Below, piece after piece: positions 26,258-35,736 of a stretch of DNA of 64,000 bases (positions are counted from its first letter, which is position 1; each line of letters opens with the position of its first letter). The stretch is taken from the NCBI GenBank assembly GCA_045539015.1, contig JAZQEN010000014.1:10039-74038 (forward strand), written 5' to 3'. The notes below the pieces were generated by a model. That model did not search any database, was not told where the DNA came from, and saw only the letters and a program-made list of their open reading frames with translations. The DNA comes from Candidatus Cryptobacteroides sp. (GTDB taxonomy: Bacteria > Bacteroidota > Bacteroidia > Bacteroidales > UBA932). Position numbers and translations under genes: made by a program.

Positions 26258-29200
26258 ATGTGTAGGAAAATAGTAATTGCGTCAGCTGCCCTGATCGGGC
26301 TTGCAGCCTCGGCGGCAGCGCAGAACCTGACGGTAACAGGTTCAGTGACAGATCAGGAGGGGTATCCTCTTGATGGCGCCACGGTGGTGGTGAAGGGGAC
26401 AATGACCGGGACGTCTGTTGACGGAGAAGGCCGTTTTTCATTGAATGTTCCTTCGGATGCCGTCCTGGTTGCTTCGTACCTGGGATATCTCTCTCAGGAG
26501 AAGCCTGTAAGTGGCGGACAGACTGTCAATTTCATACTTACGGAAGATTCTGCCTATCTCGATGATGTCATCGTTGTGGCATATGGAACGATGTCCAAGT
26601 CTGACTTTACCGGGTCGGCATCTCAGGTCAGCGGTGACGATCTGGCCCAGGCTTCCAGCGAGTCGCTTGATAAAGGTATGATCGGCAAGATATCAGGAGT
26701 GCGCATAGCTTCCGATAACGGAGATCCCGGATCTGCGGGAAGTGTGCAGATACGTGGTGTAGGGTCGATTTCTGCGGGGACATCTCCGCTTTATGTGGTT
26801 GACGGAGTGGTAATGTCATCCTCTACAGCTGGAGATCTCCAGGTGGGATATAAAAGCATGGGTGTGCTGAATACCATAAATCCGGACGATATCGAGTCTG
26901 TTACTGTGCTCAAGGATGCTGCCGCAGCTTCTCTTTATGGCTCACGCGCTGCCAATGGTGTAATTCTCATCACTACGAAGAGAGGCCGTCAAGGAAAGAC
27001 GAAAGTCAGTTACAGCGGTGAGGTCGGACTTAGCAATATGGCTAATCCAAGGGCCTTCAGGATGATGGACGGTCCTCAGTTCATCCAATACCTGAAAGAT
27101 GCAGGAGATAATGCCTATGCCATCAATCCGGCTTATTCGTATGGGTATACTGGTGAGCAGATAGCCGGAATGGTTGCAGATCCGACAGGCGAGACGAGCA
27201 CGGACTGGACCAGACAGGTGTTCCGTACAGCTTTTCAGCACAACCATCAGTTAAGTCTCAGTGCGGGAACAGAAAAGACTCAGGTATATTTGGGACTAGG
27301 CTATACAGATACTGAAGGCATTGTACTGGGCTCATATTTCGAGCGTTTCTCAGGAAGGGTGAATGTGGATCATAAGGTCAATTCATGGCTGAGCGTAGGT
27401 GCACGCCAGATGGTGTCATTTACCGGAACCAAAGGACATAGCGATCAGAGCAATCAGACGCAGGGAATGGGATATGCAACCCCTATCGGAGTGCTTACTC
27501 AGAGCGACCCTACCGCAAAACCGAAGAATCCGGACGGGTCCTGGAACGAGTATGTCAGCTGGAGCGGCCAGACCGGCAACCCTCATCTTCTTTTCGACAG
27601 CGATACGGAGTATAACAAGACCCATACGATGAGGAGTCTGTCAAACCTTGATCTGTCTGTGAAATTTACTGATTATCTGAGTCTTACGAATACATTCGGA
27701 TATGACTACATTGACAATAAGCAGTATCTGTGGTGGGCTCCGTCTTCGATTGACGGGGCTGCGATGAACGGTCTGAGTGCAACTTACGTGTTCCAGACAT
27801 CGGATCTTTCGAATTCGACCCTGTTGCGCTATGACGGGCAATATGGACCGAATGCGATTTCAGCCATGGCGGGATTTGAGGTGACGGATCACCGGTCGGA
27901 TTATACATATAGCGGTGCAAACAATTATCCGAATGACAAGCTTAATGCCTTGTCTGTCGGCCAGATGTATGGAGTGGGAGGGGCATCGTACCGCTCGTTC
28001 ATGATGTCTGTCCTGGGTAATGTGAATTACGATTACGACCATCGCTATTATGCGTCTGCGTCTTTCCGTCGCGACGGTTCGTCCCGTCTGGGGCCTGACA
28101 GCAGATGGGCCAATTTCTGGTCGGTTTCCGCTGCATGGCGTCTGGGCAGGGAGCCTTTTATGTCTGATGTGTCACGACTCTTTTCCGATCTGAAAATAAA
28201 GGCATCATATGGTACCAATGGAAACCTGCCGTCCGGTTATTATGCTTACAAGGGCCTTTATTCGGCGAGTGGAGGCTATGGTACAGGTGCAGCGATATAT
28301 TGGAGCAATCCTGAGAATGATGCATTGGGATGGGAGAAGTCCCGTAATTTCAATGTGGGATTTGACTGGAACATGTATAACAGGATAGATCTGGGTGTGG
28401 AATATTACAGGAAATATACAAGTTCGCTTATCTTCGATATGCCGGCATCAGCAGTTACTGGATTCAGCAGCTATACTGCGAATGTGGGAAACCTGCTTAA
28501 TGACGGCGTGGAGGTCGATCTTTCTGCCCAGGCGGTGAATCTCCGTAATTTTACCTGGGCTGTGGATTTCAATCTTACATGGCAGCGCTCGATTGTGAAG
28601 AATCTTCCGAACGACGGTGCTGAGATTCCATATGGAGACGGCGGCATGTATATCCACAAGGAGGGAGCTTCGATGTATTCGTTCTATCTTCCTGTATGGA
28701 AGGGAGTTAATGAACAGACCGGTCTCGGAGAGTTCTGGATCGATCCGGATGACCACTCCAAGGGAGTGACCAACTTTTATTCTGAGGCCGGCAGTACCAT
28801 CGTCGGCAAGGCTCTTCCTGACGTGGTCGGCGGTCTGACAAACAACTTCACTTTCCTCGATGGGCTTCTTGACCTTTCGTTCCTGATTACCTATCAGTTC
28901 GGAGGATCGCTGTTTGACTATCCGGGATATTTTACCCATAGCGACGGATTCCGTGCGGCATCGATGAATGCAGCAGCTGCTGCAGCCGATTACTGGACTC
29001 CGCAGAATCCGAAGGCTGCCTTTCCTAAGCCGATCATGAATAATCCATATCGTTGGGACAGATTCTCCAGCAGACTGATAAAGTCAACCGACAACATAAG
29101 GGTACGCGAGATAACCTTGGGGTGCAATATCCCTGTGAGACAATATGTCGACAATCTCAGAATCTACTTCAAGACGACCAATCCGTTCATGATCTGGTCT

Positions 29201-29302
29201 GCCGAAAGGGATATCGATCCTGATGTTGCGATCAATGGCTATCGTACTGTGGATGTGCCTGTTACAAAGGCATTTATAGTCGGTCTGAATATTACCTTGT
29301 AA
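26258..29302 (+). CDS. SusC/RagA-family TonB-dependent transporter 2
   Basis: PLYVVDG, LKDAAAASLYGSRAANGV, RRDGSSR and LGWEK; start taken at MCRKIVIA. Confidence 0.95.
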   Translation: MCRKIVIASAALIGLAASAAAQNLTVTGSVTDQEGYPLDGATVVVKGTMTGTSVDGEGRFSLNVPSDAVLVASYLGYLSQEKPVSGGQTVNFILTEDSAYLDDVIVVAYGTMSKSDFTGSASQVSGDDLAQASSESLDKGMIGKISGVRIASDNGDPGSAGSVQIRGVGSISAGTSPLYVVDGVVMSSSTAGDLQVGYKSMGVLNTINPDDIESVTVLKDAAAASLYGSRAANGVILITTKRGRQGKTKVSYSGEVGLSNMANPRAFRMMDGPQFIQYLKDAGDNAYAINPAYSYGYTGEQIAGMVADPTGETSTDWTRQVFRTAFQHNHQLSLSAGTEKTQVYLGLGYTDTEGIVLGSYFERFSGRVNVDHKVNSWLSVGARQMVSFTGTKGHSDQSNQTQGMGYATPIGVLTQSDPTAKPKNPDGSWNEYVSWSGQTGNPHLLFDSDTEYNKTHTMRSLSNLDLSVKFTDYLSLTNTFGYDYIDNKQYLWWAPSSIDGAAMNGLSATYVFQTSDLSNSTLLRYDGQYGPNAISAMAGFEVTDHRSDYTYSGANNYPNDKLNALSVGQMYGVGGASYRSFMMSVLGNVNYDYDHRYYASASFRRDGSSRLGPDSRWANFWSVSAAWRLGREPFMSDVSRLFSDLKIKASYGTNGNLPSGYYAYKGLYSASGGYGTGAAIYWSNPENDALGWEKSRNFNVGFDWNMYNRIDLGVEYYRKYTSSLIFDMPASAVTGFSSYTANVGNLLNDGVEVDLSAQAVNLRNFTWAVDFNLTWQRSIVKNLPNDGAEIPYGDGGMYIHKEGASMYSFYLPVWKGVNEQTGLGEFWIDPDDHSKGVTNFYSEAGSTIVGKALPDVVGGLTNNFTFLDGLLDLSFLITYQFGGSLFDYPGYFTHSDGFRAASMNAAAAAADYWTPQNPKAAFPKPIMNNPYRWDRFSSRLIKSTDNIRVREITLGCNIPVRQYVDNLRIYFKTTNPFMIWSAERDIDPDVAINGYRTVDVPVTKAFIVGLNITL

Positions 29303-29320
29303 AAATAAAATGTTGAGAGT

Positions 29321-30715
29321 ATGAAAAAGTTTATATATGCACTGCCCGTTGTGATTCTTCTTGGGGCATGTGATGCTCTGGATCAGGAGCCGTCAACATC
29401 GGTTACTGTCGATACCGCAATAACCAGTGTCGAGGACCTTTCGAATGCGGTCAATGGAGCATACTATGTGGCCACTTACGGCACCATGCTTACTGTAGCA
29501 TCCGAGATGTCGATATATGCGGATCTGGTAGGTCCGGATTCATATCAGCCGGCCTCTTCCGGCCAGAGTGCATCCCGCCTGGCTCAGTTTTCCATGACAG
29601 CGGCGGATACGTACAATGCCTATTATTACCTGTATGCGGCTTTGGCCAGTGTCAACAACGCCATTGAAAAGGCGGCCTTGCTGGAGGATCAGGAGGGAGC
29701 GGCTCCATATGTTGCAGAACTGTATGCGATGAGAGGTCTGTTCCATTTCCATCTTGCTACGTTCTTCGCTCCAATCCCGACGTCCGGCAGTCGGAATGAG
29801 ATGGGTATAGTCCTGTCTGACAGAGTGTTTGATATCGATCACATCGGAGCTAGGGCCAGCCTTGAAGATACGTATGAGTTTATTGTAGATGATCTTACCA
29901 AGGCTCTCGATACCGGGCTCATTATGGAGCGGAATACCGGTCATATGAATCATTGGGCGGCACTTGCCCTCAGGGCGCGTGCAAACCTCTATCGCGGAAA
30001 TTATAGCGCGGCTTTGGCAGATGCCGTCGAGGTCATTGATAATTCGCCGTACCGGCTCTATACTATGGAAAACTATACGAAGGTGTGGTCCCAGGAGGGA
30101 GCTGACGAGATGATCATGGAGTACCTTCAGACAGATACGTACAATGCGCAGCGGTATGCGCCGGGCTTCTATACGTCGCCATACGGATATTCGGAATATG
30201 GGGTTTCTCCGGATTTCTATGTATGGATGCAGGAGAATCCGTATGATGTCCGTTCGAAGATGGTGGCGGCCCTTACGACCGCACCGGGCGGCGATCCGGA
30301 CTATAATACCGGTTATTATCCTTTGAAGTATCCTGGAAATGCCGGTGCGTCTGTTTCAATGTACGTGAACAATATCAAGGTTATCCGTCTGTCTGAGATG
30401 TATCTGATTGCTGCTGAGGCGGCCCTGCATGGGGGAGGTGATGCGGCAACCTATATCAATACACTTCGCTCAAACAGGATTGACGGCTATGCCGGCGTTG
30501 CTTCTGTAGATCTGAACGACATTATCGACGAGCGGCGAAAGGAGCTGTTTGCTGAGGGTCAGATTGCGTTTGATTATTGGAGAAACGGGCTGACAGTTAC
30601 AAAGGAATCAGTAGACATTACCCCTGCAGATACACGTACGGTACTGCCGCTTCCTATAGAGGAACTTGATCTTTCCCGTGGAATGCTGATCCAAAATCCG
30701 GGATATGGAAATTAA
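29321..30715 (+). CDS. SusD/RagB-family lipoprotein 2
   Basis: Lipobox LGAC, IRLSEMYLIAAEA, ERRKELFAEG and QNPGY. Confidence 0.93.
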   Translation: MKKFIYALPVVILLGACDALDQEPSTSVTVDTAITSVEDLSNAVNGAYYVATYGTMLTVASEMSIYADLVGPDSYQPASSGQSASRLAQFSMTAADTYNAYYYLYAALASVNNAIEKAALLEDQEGAAPYVAELYAMRGLFHFHLATFFAPIPTSGSRNEMGIVLSDRVFDIDHIGARASLEDTYEFIVDDLTKALDTGLIMERNTGHMNHWAALALRARANLYRGNYSAALADAVEVIDNSPYRLYTMENYTKVWSQEGADEMIMEYLQTDTYNAQRYAPGFYTSPYGYSEYGVSPDFYVWMQENPYDVRSKMVAALTTAPGGDPDYNTGYYPLKYPGNAGASVSMYVNNIKVIRLSEMYLIAAEAALHGGGDAATYINTLRSNRIDGYAGVASVDLNDIIDERRKELFAEGQIAFDYWRNGLTVTKESVDITPADTRTVLPLPIEELDLSRGMLIQNPGYGN

Positions 30716-30772
30716 TTATGCATTTTAAGTCAAAAACAGTTATTCGGTTATAGGTATTTACTAAGAAAAATG

Positions 30773-30780
30773 TATATTTG
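30773..30780 (+). promoter_or_regulatory. -7 promoter box for the SusC3 unit
   Basis: TATATTTG ending 30 nt upstream of ATG 30810; no clear -33 TTTG. Confidence 0.55.
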
Positions 30781-30809
30781 CTATCTTATTATTAACAACT
30801 GAATAACTC

Positions 30810-33800
30810 ATGACAAAACTTAAACTTTTTCTTGCAGTTCTGGCGATGATGGTGTCGTCCTGGGCCTATGCTCAGAATCTGACGGTGACCGGAACTGTAA
30901 AGGATTCGTCTACAGGAGAGCCGATTCCGTTTGCTGCCATTCAGCTGAAAGGCACGATGGTCGGAGGAATGGCTGATCTGGATGGAATCTATTCCATTTC
31001 TGTCCCTGCGGACGGAGTCCTTATTTTTTCGTCAGTAGGTTATAAGGATGCCGAAGTGCCGGTTGCTTCCAAGGCGGTGCATGATGTAATGATGGATCCT
31101 GATACCGAGATGATTGAGGAGACGATTGTCGTTGCGTTCGGTACGGCTACCAAGGAGTCGTTCACAGGATCTGCGACCGTTGTGAAGTCGGAGGATATCC
31201 AGAAGACCCAATCTTCGGATGTAACCCGTGCCCTTGAAGGAATGGTGGCAGGTGTGCAGATGACAACATCTTCAGGATCTCTCGGAAGTTCTCCTTCCAT
31301 CATGATCCGTGGTGTCAGCTCCAACAATGCAGGTACAGCCCCTCTTTATGTGGTGGACGGTGTGCCTTACAGCGGCGACATGAATAACCTGAACTCTGCT
31401 GATATCGAATCCATGACAGTGCTCAAGGATGCCGCTTCAAATGCCCTCTATGGTGCCCGAGGAGCCAATGGTGTCATCATGATTACTACCAAGAAGGCAA
31501 AATTAGGTGAGGCGAAAGTCACTGTTGATGCCAAGTGGGGTATCAATACAAAGGCGCTCAAGAGTTATGACTATATAACTGATCCGGGCCTGTACTATGA
31601 GACTCACTACAACTCTCTCTATAACTACTACCGGATCGAGAAGGGTATGTCGAACGAAGAGGCGAACATCCTTGCTGCCAAGAATGTGACAGGAGCCGCT
31701 GCAGATGGAGGACTCGGTTATCTTACATTTACTGTCCCTGAGGGACAGAACCTTATCGGCAGTAATGGTAAGCTCAATCCGTATGCTACTCCGGGCCGTC
31801 TTGTCAACTATATGGGAGAGCAGTTCTGGCTTCAGCCTGATGACTGGATGGATGCGACTTACAAGACATCTCTCCGTCAGGAATACAATGTGAACGTTGC
31901 CGGAACTACAGGAAATGCACAGATATTTGCGTCATTCGGATATCTCAACAACAAGGCTATCGTGGACGGCGGTGACATGTACCGCTACACTGCACGTATC
32001 AGGGCAGACTACCAGGCCAAGGAGTGGTTGAAGATCGGAATGAACATGGGTTATACCAACTTCAACTGGAACAACGGTAACTCTGACGAAGGATCTGCAG
32101 GTTCAGTAGGTAATATCTTCGGTTTTGCTACAATGGTGGCTCCGATCTATCCGGTATATCTGAGAAATGCGGACGGAAGCATCAAATATGACCAGTATGG
32201 CAACAAGAGATATGACTTCGGTGACGGAAGCAATGCCGGTCTTTCACGTCCTATCTCCGGAAATGCCAATGCCCTCCAGACCGTGACCCTCGACACCAAC
32301 AACAGCGAGGGAAATGCTGTGAACGGTACGGGATATGTCGAGGTCAAGTTCCTGAAGGACTTTACGTTTACATTCAATGCCGGAGTCGGAGTTGATGAAA
32401 CACGCAGTACAAGCATCAACAACATGTACTACGGCCAGTACGCTCCTAACGGCGGTATCATCTCAAAGAGCCATGGCCGTTCGTTCTATCTGAACCTCCA
32501 GCAGCTCCTCAACTGGGACAGGACTTTCGCTGACTACCATCATGTCACAGTCCTTCTCGGTCACGAGTGGTACAAATCGACAGGAGTGAACCTCGGCGCT
32601 TCGAAGAGCAAGATGTTCTCACTCAACAATACCGAGCTCGGTGGTGCGGTAATCGACGGACAGACAGCTTCGTCTGCGCGTTCTGACTATAACAATGAAG
32701 GATACTTCCTCAGGGCACAGTACGACTATCAGAACAGGATCTTTGCAAGTGCATCGTTCCGTCGTGACGCTTCGTCGCGCTTCCATCCTGACCACCGTTG
32801 GGGTAACTTCTGGTCTCTCGGTGGAGGTTGGCTGATCAACCATGAGCCTTGGTTCAATCTCCGTTGGGTGGACATGCTCAAGCTGAAGGCTTCCATCGGT
32901 TCTCAGGGTAACGATAATATTGCAGACTACCTTTACACAGACATGTACTCGATCACCAACAGTGACGGCGAGATCGGTGTGAAGAGAGGATCTATCGGTA
33001 ACCCGGACATCACATGGGAAACCAATACAAACTTCAACGCCGGATTTGATTTCGACCTCTTCAGAGGCAGACTTTCCGGTTCGGTAGAGTACTTCTACCG
33101 TCTGACTTCAGACATGCTCTACTTCGTGTCCATTCCGATCTCATATGGTTTCAGCGGATATTATGACAATATCGGTGACATGAGAAACTCAGGTATCGAG
33201 TTCGCTGTCAACGGAACCATCATGGACAGGAAGAACTTCCGTTGGGGTGCATATGCTAACTTCACCCACTACACCAACAAGATCATCATGCTTCCTGATA
33301 CTCACAAGAACCGTGAGATCGACGGATATTTCGGATATGCATCAGGAAACAAGTTCGTGGCGGAGGGCCTGCCTCTCAATACCTTCCTCATGCCAAAGTA
33401 TGCGGGCGTAGACAAGATGAACGGTCTTCCTATGTGGTACAAGGATATTCTTGACGATTCAGGAAACGTTGTTGGTACAACAATGACCTCAGAGTACTCA
33501 GAGGCTACAGAGTATCTGTGTGATGACCCTACTCCAACTCTCTACGGAGGTTTCGGTACGTCATTCGACTTTTATAACTTCGATATTTCTGCGAGCTTCA
33601 CGTATTCTATCGGCGGTCTTACCTATGACTCCGGTTATGCAAGCTATATGTCACCTCCGGGAGGTTCGGTAGGTTCTAACTTCCATAAGGATGTCCTCAA
33701 GGCATGGACTCCTGAAAATAAGGATTCTGACATTCCTCGCTTTGTGTATAATGACCAGAATATAAATGCTTCATCAGACAGGTTCCTCGTTCCTGCAAGC

Positions 33801-34022
33801 TATCTCAACTTCCAGAATGCGCAGATCGGATATACCATTCCTTCATCTGTGACAAGCAAGATAAAGGTAGACAGAATCAGGGTATATGTTGCATGCGACA
33901 ATATCTGGTATTGGTCTTACAGACACGGACTGGATCCTAGAAGCAGTTTCTCCGGAGGTTCAAATTATGCCAGCAACTCGCCTGTCAGAACCATTACAGG
34001 AGGAATCAATATAACATTCTAA
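30810..34022 (+). CDS. SusC/RagA-family TonB-dependent transporter 3
   Basis: PLYVVDG, LKDAASNALYGARGANGV, RRDASSRF, ITWET and terminal Phe. Confidence 0.95.
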   Translation: MTKLKLFLAVLAMMVSSWAYAQNLTVTGTVKDSSTGEPIPFAAIQLKGTMVGGMADLDGIYSISVPADGVLIFSSVGYKDAEVPVASKAVHDVMMDPDTEMIEETIVVAFGTATKESFTGSATVVKSEDIQKTQSSDVTRALEGMVAGVQMTTSSGSLGSSPSIMIRGVSSNNAGTAPLYVVDGVPYSGDMNNLNSADIESMTVLKDAASNALYGARGANGVIMITTKKAKLGEAKVTVDAKWGINTKALKSYDYITDPGLYYETHYNSLYNYYRIEKGMSNEEANILAAKNVTGAAADGGLGYLTFTVPEGQNLIGSNGKLNPYATPGRLVNYMGEQFWLQPDDWMDATYKTSLRQEYNVNVAGTTGNAQIFASFGYLNNKAIVDGGDMYRYTARIRADYQAKEWLKIGMNMGYTNFNWNNGNSDEGSAGSVGNIFGFATMVAPIYPVYLRNADGSIKYDQYGNKRYDFGDGSNAGLSRPISGNANALQTVTLDTNNSEGNAVNGTGYVEVKFLKDFTFTFNAGVGVDETRSTSINNMYYGQYAPNGGIISKSHGRSFYLNLQQLLNWDRTFADYHHVTVLLGHEWYKSTGVNLGASKSKMFSLNNTELGGAVIDGQTASSARSDYNNEGYFLRAQYDYQNRIFASASFRRDASSRFHPDHRWGNFWSLGGGWLINHEPWFNLRWVDMLKLKASIGSQGNDNIADYLYTDMYSITNSDGEIGVKRGSIGNPDITWETNTNFNAGFDFDLFRGRLSGSVEYFYRLTSDMLYFVSIPISYGFSGYYDNIGDMRNSGIEFAVNGTIMDRKNFRWGAYANFTHYTNKIIMLPDTHKNREIDGYFGYASGNKFVAEGLPLNTFLMPKYAGVDKMNGLPMWYKDILDDSGNVVGTTMTSEYSEATEYLCDDPTPTLYGGFGTSFDFYNFDISASFTYSIGGLTYDSGYASYMSPPGGSVGSNFHKDVLKAWTPENKDSDIPRFVYNDQNINASSDRFLVPASYLNFQNAQIGYTIPSSVTSKIKVDRIRVYVACDNIWYWSYRHGLDPRSSFSGGSNYASNSPVRTITGGINITF

Positions 34023-34040
34023 TAGGAGGAGGATAAGACT

Positions 34041-35723
34041 ATGAAGAAAACAATAATAAAAGTTTCTGCAATTCTTGCTGCGGCAGTTCTGTCCGCTTCC
34101 TGCATCCAGGAGACTGTTCCTGTAGGCGGTTCGGTAACTCAGGACCAGGTTTCCGCATCGGATTTTGCTCTGATGTCAATGATCAATGCTATGCCTGCCA
34201 GCATGGGTACTTCCGGAACCGGAGGATATGCCGGTTCATATGGCGATCATACCGACTTCGGTATCCCGGGTATTCATCTTCGTCTGGAGCATATGCTTGA
34301 GGATATCGCTACAATGGCGGATAACCCGTACTACAACAGATTCTATGCATACGACCTGAATCAGGCACAGGGATATCAGTATACATATTGTGCCTATTTC
34401 TGGGATATGTACTATACATGGATCAGACTTGCCAATGACGTCATCGCGTCAATGGTTCCGGCAATCGAGGACGGAGCTGACGAGGATACCATGGTGAAGC
34501 TCAAGAACAACCTTGGTCAGGCCTATGCCTACAGGGCTTGGTGCTACCTCGATCTCGCAAGACTCTATGAGCCTAAGGAGACGGCAGAGGTTACCATACC
34601 TTCACAGATATATGAACTCACAGTTCCGATTGTGGATGAAAATACTACAATTGAAGATTGTAAGAGAAATCCTCGTGTGAAGCGTGATGATATGTATGCT
34701 TTCATTCTGGAGGATCTCAAGAAAGCTGAAGAGAATCTGGATCCATCTGTCACTACGTTCTCTCAGCCTACACTTATGATGGTATATGGTCTCTATGCCA
34801 GAACATATCTGGAACTGGGTTATGAGAGGAACGGGTATAACGCCGAGATGTTCGCAAAGGCGGCAGAATATGCCCGTAAGGTAATCGATGAGAGTGGGAA
34901 GACTCCTCTTACACAGGAGCAGTGGACCAATCCTACAACCGGATTCAACAGTGCTTCTTCCAACAATGCGTGGATCTGGGGACTGGCTCTTTCTTCGGAG
35001 AATCTCAACAACCTGTTGACGTTCACTTCCCACATGTCATCCGAGGCTGCATGGGGTTATGCTTGCTATGCTCAGTTCGGAGCCAGCCAGCTTCTCTATG
35101 ATGCAGTTCCTGACACCGACTTCAGAAAGCTTTCATGGTTGGGACCGGATAAGGAGGAGTGGACATCAGGTAAGTACCGTTTTGCCGGAACAGATGAGGA
35201 TAGGGTAAGATTCCTTGAAGGTCAGGGACGTCCTGCGGCCAAACCGTATGTGGCCCTGAAGTTCCGTCCGGCACAGGGCGAGTGCAATGACTTCAATCTG
35301 GGAAATGCGATTGATTACTGCCTTATGCGAGTTGAGGAGATGTACTTCATCGAGATGGAGGCACAGTATCATCTCAACGGTGCAAAGGGTGTTGAACTTC
35401 TGAAGGAATTCATGCATGACTATCGTGACCCTAGCTATAACAGGATACAGTCGGGTGCGGATATCGAAACATTCAAGAAGGAGCTTCTGCTGCAGAAACG
35501 AATCGAGTTCTGGGGTGAGGGAATCCTGCTCTACGATTACAAACGTCTCGACCAGCCTATCGATAGGTCTGCATCAAATCATGCCGGTGTCTTCAAACTC
35601 AGAACCAAGCGCAGGTCGCCACAGTGGAACATCGTGATAACACGCGCGGAGTTCCAGTCGAATACTGCGATCGATGAGAGTCTTAATAATCCGGATCCGT
35701 CAGATAAGATTGAGATTCTTTAA
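34041..35723 (+). CDS. SusD/RagB-family lipoprotein 3
   Basis: Lipobox SASC, MRVEEMYFIEMEA and QKRIEFWGEG..YDYKR. Confidence 0.9.
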   Translation: MKKTIIKVSAILAAAVLSASCIQETVPVGGSVTQDQVSASDFALMSMINAMPASMGTSGTGGYAGSYGDHTDFGIPGIHLRLEHMLEDIATMADNPYYNRFYAYDLNQAQGYQYTYCAYFWDMYYTWIRLANDVIASMVPAIEDGADEDTMVKLKNNLGQAYAYRAWCYLDLARLYEPKETAEVTIPSQIYELTVPIVDENTTIEDCKRNPRVKRDDMYAFILEDLKKAEENLDPSVTTFSQPTLMMVYGLYARTYLELGYERNGYNAEMFAKAAEYARKVIDESGKTPLTQEQWTNPTTGFNSASSNNAWIWGLALSSENLNNLLTFTSHMSSEAAWGYACYAQFGASQLLYDAVPDTDFRKLSWLGPDKEEWTSGKYRFAGTDEDRVRFLEGQGRPAAKPYVALKFRPAQGECNDFNLGNAIDYCLMRVEEMYFIEMEAQYHLNGAKGVELLKEFMHDYRDPSYNRIQSGADIETFKKELLLQKRIEFWGEGILLYDYKRLDQPIDRSASNHAGVFKLRTKRRSPQWNIVITRAEFQSNTAIDESLNNPDPSDKIEIL

Positions 35724-35736
35724 AATCAGATAGAAG

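Noticed and set aside
17120-30900. Similar GCNCAGAAYCTGACRGT segments at the starts of the three susC genes as possible shufflon crossover sites
   Set aside because: They are imperfect, all in direct orientation and explained by the conserved AQNLTV peptide. No recombinase is in the window.
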